NCBI RefSeq assembly: GCF_006345805.1
Contig: NC_043009.1
Span: 54,064,001-54,128,000, forward strand
DNA length: 64,000 nt
Source: Octopus sinensis
Lineage: Eukaryota
Direction of reading: 5' to 3'
A program made the translations under genes and the position numbers. Below the pieces are notes generated by a model. The model was not told where the DNA came from. It searched no databases and saw only the letters and a program-made list of their open reading frames with translations. Below are positions 39,001-53,455 of this stretch, piece by piece; position 1 is the first letter of the stretch, and the number at the start of each line of letters is the position of its first letter.

Positions 39001-40529
39001 TTGTTTAATAGATATAGGTAGCGCCTCGCAAGGACCGAAATCACACCATACTAAGTTTTCTCATCGCGTAAGACGTTTTGAACAGCTCATAGGTTAATTG
39101 ATTTAACCTATTTAATGTAGAAATTTGAGAAGTGCTAATTAATTTCTGACGCAAGCGTACAATAACCTATTTTATAATGTCCCAAATGGAGTGAAATGTT
39201 CCTAACCCGACCACAGTCTTTGCATATGCATGAACACAAGTAACCTCTCCTTTGAATTACTATTTGGCAATCATTGCATGTTTGTATATCCCTACATCTT
39301 CATTTGCTATTTGTGTGTTATATAAGTCATTGAAAAACGTTCATTAATGTTGGCTTACACGTTTATTATCATTGTGTGTGTTTTCTTCCTGCTTCTTCAG
39401 TACTAATAAAATTCTGTGTTAAGCGTGTTTCAGTTGCTAACAACGTTTTCTATTGAAACCTCTTCGGTTGTAGGAATTGCTGTTACTATTAAAGTTTGTT
39501 TTATTGTCTGTTTTTTTCAGTTACTATTCTTCACAATTCTTCATCATTGTTTGATAATATTAAACGCGCATTCAGTTAACAACTGCTTTGCAATATTTCA
39601 TTTTATGGCTGTGTCTATTCTACTTATTCAATTGTTATTTGCTTTGCCGGCGTTCTAACAAACAATCAATGCTTCTTCTTTTTTGTTTTAAAAACGGTAA
39701 ATATACTTTTAGAAATTTTCCTTTCAACATTACTTTTAAATATCTACATATCGGCTTGCTTCGATTCACTTATACGTACGTAACAATATTTGTAACAGCT
39801 TAGAGTTCAAAAGGCCGCACATTTTCAATATCTTGCTACTAAGATATACAAGGTAAGGTTGTGGGTGTATTTGAATAGCTATTAGACAGAATTTTATCTC
39901 ATACACCAGAAGAATACACATCACATTTCTATCCCACTGATTATATCAGCACTGTCTACGCCTGAAACCGATTGTCGAGTTGTAGAACAGAATAATTATT
40001 TTCTTATCTCAATGTATTTCATTATGAAGTAAATTTGTTTTCCGCAGCTAAGATTCGAAATATGATGTCATCAGCTGGTAATCATCTTAGAACTTGTCCC
40101 AAAATGTTCGCTTGATGTAAACAATATTGATTTCTTTTGACTAGAGAGCGTGTTCGGTTAACTTCAATAACGTGCCGAGGATAGAAAATGTAAATATTAA
40201 TTGAAATGAAATCTCCGAAGACATGTTATTTAATCCAAAGCAACATTTAAAATTTGACCTCATTTAAATAAATGGATTGAAAATGAGACAAGTAATTATT
40301 TGAATTTGAATTCTAGTTTATAGTTGATATTATTAAAGTGTGGTTGCTACTGCTGCTGGCATTGTTGTTTAGCTTCTGGTCAGTACACGAGCGAAGATAA
40401 GTATGTTCAATGTGCTCCGTATATCTACGTCCTACCTATTATATTAACAGATACGTTATTTCAAACATAATGTATTTAGCACCAGCTCCTGCAATTCTTG
40501 CTCTTAATTTATTCTCTCAACCATCAGAA

Positions 40530-40925
40530 AGTAGTTGGCAGGTGTAAAGCCCAATTCGTTATTTTCAATTCGGTGTTCTTGCCAGCCTTAACCATGGTCA
40601 AGAAAATACAGGCAGCCGAAATGGAGTTCCTTCGAAAAGTTTTTGCGAAAGAATGCTAACCGATAGAGTGCTTCGCCCGGAGATCAGACGATCCACATAG
40701 AACCGCTTCAGTTCTACGGATGAGATCATTTCAAGAAAGAATGGCTAGACAAGTTTTACACGCAAAACCAACAGGCAGAGGAACCGGGGTATGAACACAA
40801 GGAAGATTGTTAGATACTATTTATGACATTGGTTGGTCAAGCCTGGGGATCCAGCCGGATCAGTTGAAGACGGTTGCTTCTAATAAGACCCGATGGAAAG
40901 CGTATTTCAAGACTTTCCCTTCTAT
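40530..40925 (+). mobile_element. RTE-clade LINE 3' ORF fragment
   Basis: IFNSVFLPALT..KIQAAEMEFLRKV..LTDRVLRPEIR..QERMARQVLHAKPTGRG..LDTIYDIGWSSLGIQPDQLKTVASNKTRW, with indels. Confidence 0.75.
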
Positions 40926-41474
40926 GACCCTCACAGGAATAACTGAACGGAGATGAGATGAGGTGAACGCATCTTGTAAAATATTATATATGTACTTTGA
41001 GTCATTTGAGGAATAAATAGCTGCTATTTCTATGCCCCCATGTAGACTCTTAATACTTGGTTTAGACAACGAATTCTATGTAGTAGGAAGTCAAACAAAA
41101 TATTTTACAGCATTCACTTGTCTTACTTTTATCCTTTATTTCACGTGTAATTATTTCCGGAAGATATTACAAAGGTTGGTAATACAATAAATTATCAGCA
41201 ACACATCTGGGTCTGTTGAACTGACAATATCCTTCACTTAATATATATACAGTAAGAAAATAGTATTTATATGTGCAACTACGTTCATGCTTAGCTCTAG
41301 ATTACGTCTTACTGAACAGATGTGAAGACAAACCTCCCAGCTATGTAGATTTCGTTCTTTAAAGACTATAACTCGGAATTCTATTACCAAATGAAGCTTT
41401 TATACACTTAGTACAATAGTGTATGTGTATTTTGAAAGGATTTTGTTGGCATTTCTGGCAGATCGAGTCTCCAT

Positions 41475-41600
41475 ACTCTCTTTACTCTTTTACTTGTTTC
41501 AGTCATTTGACTGCGGCCATGCTGGAGCACCGCCTTTAGTCGAGCAAATCGACCCCGGGACTTATTCTTTGTAAGCCCAGTACTTATTCTATCGGTCTCT
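41475..41600 (-). mobile_element. SINE family B, 3' fragment
   Basis: Almost identical to 41895-42003. Confidence 0.9.
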
Positions 41601-41894
41601 ATCGGACATGAAGCTAGCCGTCAGCAGATCGTGTCGTGCCTCTAGCACTGCATTTCGTCGCAGTTCATGACACGTACTATCTAATGGCAGAGGCCACTGA
41701 CCCCTAAGTTCTAAGGGGCACATATATGTATATGTGCGTGTGTATGTGTGCATATATATATATATATGTATGTTGAGATAGACATGCATATAAATATACA
41801 CACTTATGTGTACACAGTGAGACAGACGTATGCACACAAATACGCACGCACACAGACACATACACACATATACTTTTACTTTATTTTACTTTTT

Positions 41895-42282
41895 ATTTGT
41901 TTCAGTCATTTGACTGCGGCCATGCTGGAGCACCGCCTTTAGTCGAGCAATTCGACCCCGGGACATATTCTTTGTAAGCCCAGTACTTATTCTATCGGTC
42001 TCTTTTGCCGAACCGCTAAGTGACGGGGACGTAAACACACCAGCATCGGTTGCCAAGCAATGCTAAGGGGACAAACACTGACACACAAACACACACACAC
42101 ATATATATATATACATATATACAACAGGCTTCTTTCGGTTTCCGTCTACCAAATCCACTCACAAGGCATTGGTCGGCCCGGGACTATAGCAGAAGACACT
42201 TGCCCAAGATACCACGCAGTGGGACTGAACTCGGAACCATGTGGTTGGTTAGCAAGCTACTTACTACACAGCCACTCCTGCG

Positions 42283-42285
<3 letters not shown>
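41895..42285 (-). mobile_element. SINE family B, full-length
   Basis: Near-consensus, ends ctcctgcgcct. Confidence 0.9.
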
Positions 42286-42321
<36 letters not shown>

Positions 42322-42699
42322 TATATATACATATATATATATATGTATGTATGTATATATATATAAACACCAGAGTGTGCAGGAGTGCATGCGCTTATGT
42401 GTATGTATGCATAACTGCACGAATGCATATTTGATTTGATTTGCGTAGGTGAGTTACTATTCAGGCAAAATCCAATTTATATTCAAGAAATATTTAATCT
42501 ATGAATTGGACTGTACTTCGAGTGTTAACCAAACATATTCATGCCGAAATGTTGCACAATATCAATTTTACAGACCAGGGAGAACATTGCACGGAAAATT
42601 ACATATGTATTATGTAGTTCATATAACACGGCAATGTTCTCACTAGGTGTGGGAGGAAGAATATTGAAAATTTATTAATATCTTTTTTTAAATTATTAT

Positions 42700-42852
42700 C
42701 ATCATGATCATCATGATCATCATCATCATCATCATCATCATCACCATAATCATCATCATCATTATTATTATTATTATTATTGTTGTTGTTGTTGTTGTTA
42801 TTATTATTATGATTATTATTATTGCTGTTGTTGTTGTTGTTGTTGTTGTTGT
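42700..42852. repeat. Compound (CAT)/(ATT)/(GTT)n
   Basis: Directly visible. Confidence 0.95.
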
Positions 42853-43792
42853 ATTACGTTCTTGTAGTTTAAAGACGTCATTTTGGTTTCTTCCTTCGAA
42901 ATACGTTCCATTCAAGAATTACTAACTAAAATTTAATTTAGAATACTTATCGAAAGTACAATAATTGCTCGTGCTACCCACGAGACCCGGTGGGTAGACA
43001 AGAGAAAATGCTTCGTTTTCTTCTTTTAAGCTTTTAATTTATTCACACATATTACATACTCACAGCCGTAATCGTTATCCTACATTATTATGTTATACAG
43101 CAAAACTCTAGATATAGCTAAAAAAAAGAAGTAAATATCCCATTTGAAACGTTACACAACTAAATGTACAACAGGAAAATGAAATCGAACAGTACAGTGA
43201 ATGGTTAATAGACGAAAATGACCCAAATATTCAAAGTTTTTAATCTGTAAGACAATGAAAGAAATACCAACAATAGTAGAAATATATACGAAGGTGAAAG
43301 ATCGTCGCAAAATCTAATAGGAATAAGGTTTTTAATTTTTTGCCGATGAAAAGAAGGTTGCACTGCTTACAAAGTAATGCAAGCGGTCTGAATCCACTCT
43401 TATATTAAATAGTAAAATACGTACTTCAGGACCTATCCGAAATAGATATCAAAATAGATAGCATAGTCTGCAGCACTGTTAAAACTCAAGTCTCAGTCAA
43501 AACAAAAGCTGAAATTGTCAGTAATACGTCTGAATATACATCTGTTCCCTAGTACATGTCAAAAAAAAAGAAGAAAAACACGAGTGTCACAAAAATAGGT
43601 ACCTCATGCGACGTACGAACGTTAGCTAATAGTGACCTCGGTGTTGTAGTATGCAAGTTTGGTTTTAAATTAGCTAGACGAAAGCTGATTTGTGGTTAGA
43701 GGAAGTCAAAATGAATTTGCAAGTTCTTATGATACCCGCAAGCCACCGAGCTATGCCTGAAATGTTCTTGCAGAGAGCATATATATATATAT

Positions 43793-44003
43793 AGTTTATC
43801 CAAACATGAAAACACAAAGAGAAAACACAACAACGCGAGGACGTGGAACAAGTATAGTGTTATTGGACGCTCAGGAAAGGAAAGAAAGAAGGAGGATTTA
43901 ACGTTTCGAGCGGAGCTCTTCGTCAGAAACATAGGAAAAGGAAAGATCCAAGGAAGGGAAGACGGAGGAAAAAATCGCCAACGGTACAGACGCGGTCACA
44001 TTT
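43793..44003 (-). mobile_element. Penelope-like terminal repeat, family B
   Basis: Reverse-complement homologue of 10222-10430; next to (TA)n. Confidence 0.65.
43896..43930 (-). ncRNA. Minimal type I hammerhead ribozyme, core intact (family B)
   Basis: GUUU-CUGACGA-A-GAGC ucc GCUC-GAAA-CG-UU-AAAU; the sister copy has GUC at the cleavage triplet. Confidence 0.65.
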
Positions 44004-44049
44004 ATATGCTATTGGATTTTACTCATAAGGTATTGGAATCTTATATGTT

Positions 44050-44290
44050 TACCATTCTGTCTAAAAAATGTATCTACAAATACAACATCCCTTCATATGT
44101 CACATCTATTTTCTTTTCTTTCCTCCACCTCAGTCTCTGTTTTATAACTTATGTAAATTAACTATTTCTTAACCATCCGCTCACACCATTTCCGATGAAG
44201 GGATATATTAAATATCCTGCAAACAGCTGTAAGACCTTCTATCTATAAATGTTCTAAAATCTACACAGCCTTGGTATTTTTTATCTCATT
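44050..44290 (+). mobile_element. Penelope-like 3' end, family A, with decayed hammerhead at 44188-44236
   Basis: ccgatgaagggatatattaaatatcctgcaaacagctgtaagac aligns to 10154-10197. Confidence 0.55.
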
Positions 44291-44345
44291 ACGAAAACAA
44301 TTTATATATATCTATATATATATATGTGTATGTGTGTGTGTGTGT

Positions 44346-44380
<35 letters not shown>

Positions 44381-45365
44381 CATTACTGTGCCTGGAAAAT
44401 TCCACGCCTTGACTAAAATATACTAACTGAAAAACTAATACTTCATTTATTAAAGCTGCAACTATGAGAGGTAAGTTTAGCCTCGGATGTACTTGAACTC
44501 AAAGCGCAGAAAATCTAACTGATCTCTGAGAATCAGTATAATCGACACTTTAAAATCTCGACTGGTTGGTTTGTGCATTATAATTTATGATAATGTATTC
44601 ACAGCTTGTTCACATTAAGTACATAAAAAGATGATTTGATAAATTTTACATTTGATTAACGAAATCATGAACTCAAAACCAATAATAGGCACATAGTTCT
44701 TATATGTATTCTTTATATGGAAGATTTAACAAATTACAGAAATACGAGAAATTTTATCATGGATAACTAATGGAGCCCATAATAATACCTGCCTGCAAAT
44801 GGGACAGAGAGGTCGATCAGTACCAGTTTTGATACAATTTTTCCCCTTAATATTTCGACTTCTCTTAGTACTGATCGACACCAGTAAAATTTGCTTCAAT
44901 TTTATAATTGATTCATTTTAATGGAGGAAAATTATAAATGAATTTAAAGCATGACTTAATTATAAAAGCATTTCAAAAAATTTTCGACAATACAAGCATG
45001 ATTTATTATTGCTGCTACCGTTACACATCAATATTATTATTTAAATTTGAGCATGCGAAGCATAAATTAAAACATTAGAAGTAAAATTATTGTCACTTTT
45101 ATTCATATTATTTTTGCGGTATATGTAGCCAAATATACCACGTTCTCGTTTTCAGAGCAATTGTAGGATTACCGTAAGATATGAATTACGCTATCTCTTC
45201 GACATTTTATACTCAATTGTTCAAATTCTGCCATTCATCTTTTAGGGTATGATAATGTATCAGTGAAGTAATGGGTCGATGTAATCAACAATAGTAATAG
45301 AAAAAACAGTTTGAATGTTCTTACTGATTTATACACCATGTCCATCTGATTTTAGGATTGTGAAG

Positions 45366-45580
45366 AAGGCGGCGAGCTGGCAGAGTCGCTAACACGCCGG
45401 GCAAAATGCTTAGGAGCATTTCGTCCGTCAATACGTTCTGATTTCAAATGCTGTGGAGGTGGCATTCACCTTTCATCCCTTTAGAACTCGATAAAATAAC
45501 TACCAATAGAGCATTGTGATCAATGTAATCGACTTCCTCCACCCACGAAATTGCTGGCCTTGTGTCAAAATTTGAAGCTG
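45366..45580 (+). mobile_element. SINE family A
   Basis: aaggcggcgagctggcagag..cttgtgtcaaaatttgaa. Confidence 0.85.
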
Positions 45581-45879
45581 ATATTAGGATTATGAAGAAT
45601 TCAAATGAAACGGTAAATATTTGAGATAACAAGGATTTGGAACAGGAAATCGGTAATGGTTCTACGAGTGATAATTGGTGCATTAATGACTGTGAGTAGT
45701 GAAACAGGAAAGATCTTCAGAAGTGTTTTAAGAATTTGCTGGCTCATTCAAATCTTGTGGATATTTAAGATTGCTAGCAGTAATCCCACTGAAATGCTTT
45801 GAGGAATAAGACCAGTTCTGAATTATGTTTCAAATAATATAGATAGGCATGTGTGTAGTCAGGCATATATATGTATGAA

Positions 45880-45896
45880 TAATAATAATAATAATG

Positions 45897-45941
<45 letters not shown>

Positions 45942-45990
45942 TATGATAATAATAACTAGCAGCAGCAGCAGTGATAGTAGTAGAAGTAGC

Positions 45991-46040
<50 letters not shown>

Positions 46041-46090
46041 CGGTGGTGGTGGTGGTCGTCGTGGTGGTCGTCGTCGTCGTGGTAGTAGTA
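45880..46090. repeat. Compound (AAT)/(AGC)/(AGT)/(GGT)/(CGT)n
   Basis: Directly visible. Confidence 0.95.
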
Positions 46091-46219
46091 TTGAATGAGA
46101 GAGCGGTGCATGACCTATCATGACTTCTAGTCTGATAAAGATGCAAAAATCTCATGCATCACAGCAATATTTGCGAGACATTGTGATCTCATATCAAGAG
46201 AAACAATGCAATACATTGC

Positions 46220-46550
46220 CGGTAGTGCTCAGTTAGGATTTCCTTCAGGTCGAGTAGCCCATCCTACTCATGTAGTCCCTCAATATGCGTTATCCAAGGA
46301 TGTTGAACGAACCACTCATCTTTCCCAAAGAACTCCTCTCAATACATGACTATGATGGTCTCCGGTAGCTTCAGCTCTTGACCAGAGATGCACATATCGT
46401 CAATCTCTTAGGGATATGCTCAACTGTTTAATGTTATGCAACTGGCAAGAATAGCTGTGGCATTGATTAGTATGTTTGCTGGATTCTTCCCCATGCAATA
46501 TTTGTATGAAGCCTTCTAAACCTGAAGCTGCATTGGACGGTATCATGCTG
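46220..46550 (-). mobile_element. Probable degraded LINE 3' fragment
   Basis: GC-richer block with RTE-like peptide traces (TNIAWGRI, cf. LNI.W) and a retroposon-like 3' end; weak. Confidence 0.35.
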
Positions 46551-47257
46551 TTTTAAGCAAGGATATATTCAAATACATAACTCTTAATAAATGTGTTGAG
46601 AGCCTCGTTCTTTCGTTTGTGCACACTACGTGTATAGCCATACAAATGCGCGCACAGACATATATGAACACACAAACACATTCCAGGCACGCAACACATA
46701 CACATAGATATTTACACGCACGGAAGCATGAACTGAACACGACTGCAGCAAAAGCTTGGAATCCTGTAACTGCGCGTTAAACCGAAATACTTTACATCGT
46801 GGAATATTAGTTTTTAGCCATTTAAAAACAGACAAAGAAGTCTCATTCATCGTTTCGCTTGTTTTTAATTGCTAACTCAATTATCAAGTGTCAAAATTCT
46901 AACGTCGATCTCATTTCAGAAGCTGTTCAATGGCATCTTTTGAAAACCAGTAAGGTTTTATAAGCCTCCCAGGTTCTTTCTATTTTTTCATAAGTTTTTT
47001 TCTCCTTCACCTGTCATTTATTTCTTCGATGATTTAAGCATAGCGCATTAATATATAAATTAATTCTTTTATGGTTTCGACAGTTGTCCTTTTTGTATGA
47101 CGGAAACTATTAATGTTCTGTAGAAAGCTGTGAGAGTCTACTGCAATGATGCTTTTTACTTCAAAACTTGAGCAGGCGTATCTTGTTACGTTCAGATTCA
47201 AATATTTAAAAATATATAACAAATTTATATATGTGCATACACACACACACACACATG

Positions 47258-47318
<61 letters not shown>

Positions 47319-47456
47319 GTATGCTTCTATGTATGTAAGTAGGGCTGTGGTTATGTATATAAATCTATGTATATATGTGTATCTTTGGATACTCACATCC
47401 AAATACAATTTGCGTACTTTTTTAATGTGATGTAACTTTATACATAACTTTATACA

Positions 47457-47536
<80 letters not shown>

Positions 47537-47551
47537 GCATATATATATATG

Positions 47552-47585
<34 letters not shown>

Positions 47586-48482
47586 CATATATACACACAT
47601 ATAAACATATATACACACATATAAACATATATACACACATATAATATATATATACATATATACACACTTATAAACATATATACACACATATAATATATAT
47701 ATATACATATATACACACATATAAACATATATACACACATATATATATAGGTATTTATGTGTACCAGTGCATGTGAATGTGTGTGTCAGTGTGTGTGTGT
47801 GCGTGTTTGATGCGGCGTTGGAATTCTTTTCGTAGCCCATTCAGTTTACGTTCGTATTTTAAATTTCCGATATTTTCAATAAGTCATTGTGTTATACAAA
47901 TTCTCTACTCTACTATAACTATAACAGCATATGAAACTACGAGTTGATGTTCCAAGCATCTACTGGTTCTTTTTAAATGATTCTCTTAATCGCTTCCTTC
48001 TTGTGTTTTCTTGCACGGAATTTCTGTTTGGGGTTTTCTTAAATGTGCTGAGTTTTTTTTTGTTTTTTTTTTTTGTTCGACACACACATATATTTTTATG
48101 TGTGGATATGTATCACACAGTCTCATGCGCAGACAAACAAACGCGCACAAGCACACATGCACATAAAGTCATAAATGACGGAGAAATATTTCCTGACTTA
48201 CATGTATATGCATGTATATGTGTGTGTATGTATATTACATATATATTTATGTAATATAATATATATATATATACATATATATATATAATATATATTATAT
48301 ATAATATCATAATATATAATATATATATATATAAAGATGTGTGTATGTATATAAAATATATATATATATATATTATATATTATATATATATGTGTGTAAT
48401 ATACATACACACACGTACATGCATCATTATTTGTATGTAAACATATATATAGACATATTTATAATATGTATATATATATGTA

Positions 48483-48536
<54 letters not shown>

Positions 48537-48593
48537 TAATTACACACATAAAGACACACACACACGTATGCACATAGACACACCACACATATG

Positions 48594-48661
<68 letters not shown>

Positions 48662-49400
48662 GTACATATATACACATACACACGCATAGAGTTTTACCTG
48701 TGCCTATTTCACACATTTACAGATTTCGATGTGAGTATTCACTGTATTTACACACACATGTAGGTGCATGTATATTACTCACACAGATTTACATATGCAT
48801 ATAATTGCATACGCTACACAAATTTGTGCATGGGTATTGATTGTGCGTAAGTAGCACTTATTATACACTCACTAATCTCATGTTGTTGCAGCAACATATA
48901 TTGTATGTAAACTTCCTTTCCATCACTTTTTCTCATAACATACGAGGAAATTACATCTGATTCAGACCAATGTGCGTCTGTAGACAAGTGGATATTTCAA
49001 TTAGGTTACCACGTGTTTTAGACGAAACTACTCGATAAATCAATCTCTCTTGGAGACATCTGCATGTTCCAAGTTGTTTAAATGTTGTTCTATCGACTAG
49101 TGGATGTGAATTATATTGGTTTGATGAAACAAGGTGTTCTTATTCAGAATTTTTATTAAATTTCTCTTGGTCAGGATTTGTAGATCTTTCGGTTATTCTT
49201 CGTAAACTCTAATACGGGCACGATATAATTTAGAGGAAGATCTCTGTGCTATACAATAAACATACACATAAGAGAGATAGAGATAGAGTGAGAAACAGAG
49301 AGAGAGGGGATGAGATTGAATCATGAAGTTGGATATATGGACAGACAGACAGATAAATGGATATATATAGATAGAGACAGTAGATATAGATTAGATAGAT

Positions 49401-49464
<64 letters not shown>

Positions 49465-50131
49465 CGATAGATAGATAGATAGATATATAGATATATAAAT
49501 CGATAGATAGATAGATAGATAGATAGATAGACAGACAAATAAAACATACATACATACATACATACATACATACATACATACATACATACATACATAGAAA
49601 AGACGATGCACAGATATAAAAGAACAGAAATAAAAGTGCTCTCTGCTGGGTGTTTGGAAGGGTATCTATACCGTAAGAACTTTGCGTAGTCAGCTCCTGT
49701 CATACTGTCTGTCCCATGCCAGATGGAAGACGGACTTTAAACGACGACGACGACGACGACGACGAAGATGATGATGATGATGATGATGATCTATTGATTT
49801 ACTAGAAGCGGATAAATTACAGGACTCAATACAAATGCGGAGTAGTCTTTACCATATTACAACTTAAAGGAAATAATTTCCAGTACACATAGTTATTCAC
49901 CAGCTGATGATCGGAAGCGGATAATTCTTTATACTGGAAATCGAAAAATTTCATTTAAAATGTGTGTATGTGTGTGTATGTGTATGTGTGTGTGTGTGTG
50001 TGTTGATGGTTAGATTGTTGGTCTCCTGACTGTACATCTGCGGTTTCGATTCCAGGAGTGAGTGACGTGTTGTGTCTTTGAGTAAGACAGTTTGACATTT
50101 CTCCAGAACGAAGAGTGGAATGAAGGAAAAA

Positions 50132-50179
<48 letters not shown>

Positions 50180-50257
50180 TAATATATATATATATATATA
50201 TAATATATATATTATATATATATATATATATATACACAAAATATCTATATATATATT

Positions 50258-50291
<34 letters not shown>

Positions 50292-50302
50292 CATATATAA
50301 AA

Positions 50303-50532
50303 TACAAAATGGGACAAGAACGCAAAACATCCGGACAACTAAATGATACAAAAAGGGACTACAAAACATCCAGATAGACCATACCACTCTTCATTCTTTC
50401 TTTCTTTCGCTCCCTTTCTATCACATTTCTTTGCCTTCTCTTCTTACTCATTTTTCCTCCACACTTCACTTCATTATGTCCCTGTCTTTTTTCTCGCCCC
50501 TCTATAATTATTCTGTCCATCTACATTTACAA

Positions 50533-50564
<32 letters not shown>

Positions 50565-51129
50565 GTTTCCCCTCCTTAATTGTTTTGTTCCTCTGCTTCT
50601 ATTTTTCTCTCTCTTCTCTTCCCATGTGGCCGATCAGCCAGACTGCTCGCTTTTTCTGTGGCTGACCGTGATCTGTGCAACATCGATATTCTTCCTTGTA
50701 TTTGTGAAATTTTTGTATCACTGCCGTGCCGTAAGGCTTCATTTCCACACGCGCCAGCTTAATTCAATTCGTCTCCAATCGAAAGACACCTGTTGTTACA
50801 TCCTGTTATTATTTTCATTGTTCTTATATTGTATTTATTGTATTTATATTCGTGTAATATTGTCTGTTTTTCCGTCCTTGTTTTTGTATACATTCGAGGC
50901 TTTCATCCAAGGAATCTAATGTACTTAGCTTAGTTTTTTCCTTGGGGCTGGCCAGATTGGAGCATTCTCAAGATTAATCAGCCGAAATTGCGAGGATCAT
51001 CTGGTTCTTGACTGAGGATAGAAAGCTTCGAATTACCCGGCCTTGTTTTTTTTGTATCGTCTATCTGGATGTTTTGTTGGCCATTTTGTATCACAAGTTG
51101 TCCAGATATTTTGCGTTCTTGTCCCATTT

Positions 51130-51130
<1 letters not shown>
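50303..51130 (+). mobile_element. Repeat with inverted ~80-bp terminal segments, PLE-like architecture
   Basis: 50303-50385 is a diverged reverse complement of 51055-51130; both ends abut (TA)n. Confidence 0.5.
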
Positions 51131-51172
<42 letters not shown>

Positions 51173-51211
51173 ATATATATGTATATGTATGTATACACAC
51201 ACACACATTCA

Positions 51212-51255
<44 letters not shown>

Positions 51256-51904
51256 TTATATATATATATATAATATATATACATATAAGTTCGCAATGTG
51301 ACAACACAACTTTAATGCAACTTTGATGAATATATACAGAGAAACAGCAACGCATATATATTTTGAAAGAAGTCTGTATCTATACCATAACTGATACATT
51401 TGTGCTCGTATTTATCTATATTTGACTCTCACTCTATAATGCCGTTTCTGCTGCCAAGAAGTGCTATTTAACTTGTTAGATCTCACGACTGGTTCATATA
51501 TTGATTAAATCGATCGCTGAGTGGATAATCCCAAGGAGAGCATCTATTTGAAAATATTTCATCGAGTGACAGAGCATTCAATGCGTCGTTGCTGGACATA
51601 ACCAACTTTATCTTCGTGATTATTCAAAGATTAGGATTTGGGCTATGACAATCTGTTTCCAAAACACTTCATAGCTGATAAAGCATGACAGTTTTATAAG
51701 GTTCTTCTGATGTAGAAACACATGCACGCACACCGCTTTACACCAACACACGCATAAACACTCACACATTTACATATACATACATATATGTAGACACATA
51801 CACACATGTATGCCGTATCTCTCTCTCTCTCTCTTTGTAAACATATATGAACATTCATATATACATATATAAGCATATACACAATATGTATAAATACATA
51901 TAGA

Positions 51905-51915
51905 TCTACATATAT

Positions 51916-51986
<71 letters not shown>

Positions 51987-51991
51987 TAATA

Positions 51992-52044
<53 letters not shown>

Positions 52045-52072
52045 ATATACATATATATAGAGAGAGAGATAT

Positions 52073-52141
<69 letters not shown>

Positions 52142-52188
52142 CAGACATATATCAGACAGACAGACAGACAGACGACAGACAGACTGGC

Positions 52189-52287
<99 letters not shown>
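51905..52287. repeat. Compound (TA)/(TG)/(GATA)/(GACA)n
   Basis: Directly visible. Confidence 0.95.
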
Positions 52288-52928
52288 CTGACATATATTG
52301 AATATGTACATACGTAATAAGAAATTTATATGCATACACACCTACACACATACATGTACGTAAGTACACACACACCTACACAAGTACGTATGAATTTCTT
52401 CAGTACATACATATATATTAATACGTGCACTCCTGCAGATCATCCTGAAGATATAAATACGCATACTTAGATCTGCACAATCAGAATAAGTGTAAAAGCG
52501 GTGAAGCGATCAGAACCATCAGAGCAGGAAACGAAATTGCATATTTTATTCTATTTAGTTTCATCTCTGTTAGTTGTGAATGGAAATTAAGTCGGATATG
52601 GTGTATATCTTACAGTTGGTGCTTCTTTGATGTGGTGACGGCGTTGATGCAATAATCACCTGATCGGTTCTCGCGTTGAGCTGAACTTCTTTACTGCCAA
52701 CAATATCGATATTTCTTCGGTGGACTGGTGCTGGAACAAATGCCTCGTGGTATATATGTTTTCGGCGTTCGTCTTCTCGGTTCAAATCCGGTTATGATCA
52801 ACTTGGCATTTCTTTGATCGAGAGATAGATAGGTAGGTAGATAGATAGATGGATGGATGTAGGATCATGATCGCACACACAGACACATGCACGCACACGC
52901 ACGCACACACGCGCACACACACACTCAC

Positions 52929-52965
<37 letters not shown>

Positions 52966-53050
52966 CCTTAATATACCAAATTTTGCGCGTGGCAGTTCTG
53001 TATACGAATTTAGCACTTACACATGCAAAGTCAATATCAATTCCTTGCTT

Positions 53051-53455
53051 AGGGCGGCGAACTGGCAGAAACGTTAGCACACCGGGCGAAACGCTTAGCG
53101 GTATCTCGCCTGCCGCTACGTTCTAAGTTCAAATTCCGCCGCGGTCGACTTTGCCTTTCATCCTTTCGGGATCGGGGTCGATTAAATAAGTACCATTTAC
53201 GCACTGGGGTCGATATAATCGACTTAATCCGTGTGTCTGTCCTTGTTTGTCTTCTCTGTGTTTTGCCCCTTGTGGGTAGTAAAGAAATAGGTAGAAATCT
53301 GCCGCTATGTTGAGTTCAAATTCCACCGAGCTCGACTTTTTTGCCTTTCATCCTTTCGGAATCGATAAAAGACGCACCAGTTGAGTATTGGAGTTGAGGC
53401 ATTCGACTAACCCCCCTCCCTTGAAATTTAAGGCCTCATTCCCAAATTTTAAACC
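53051..53455 (+). mobile_element. Two tandem SINE family A copies (53051-53287 near-consensus; 53290-53455 partial)
   Basis: agggcggcgaactggcagaaacgttagcac..ttgtgggtagtaaagaaatag. Confidence 0.9.

Noticed and set aside
40028-40394. Two microexon candidates (AKIRNMMSSA / ASGQYTSED) with plausible splice sites
   Set aside because: Too short to distinguish from chance; no homology.
42425-42454. TAG|GTGAGT resembling a recursive splice site
   Set aside because: No host intron established; pyrimidine tract is weak.
44421-44476. TACTAAC..AAG|15 nt|GTAAGT microexon-like arrangement
   Set aside because: Sequence aligns to a decayed SINE-A core, so the signals are probably incidental.
51008-51040. 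ctgaggatagaaagcttcgaat as a further hammerhead
   Set aside because: GAAA is broken and no convincing helix I or III.
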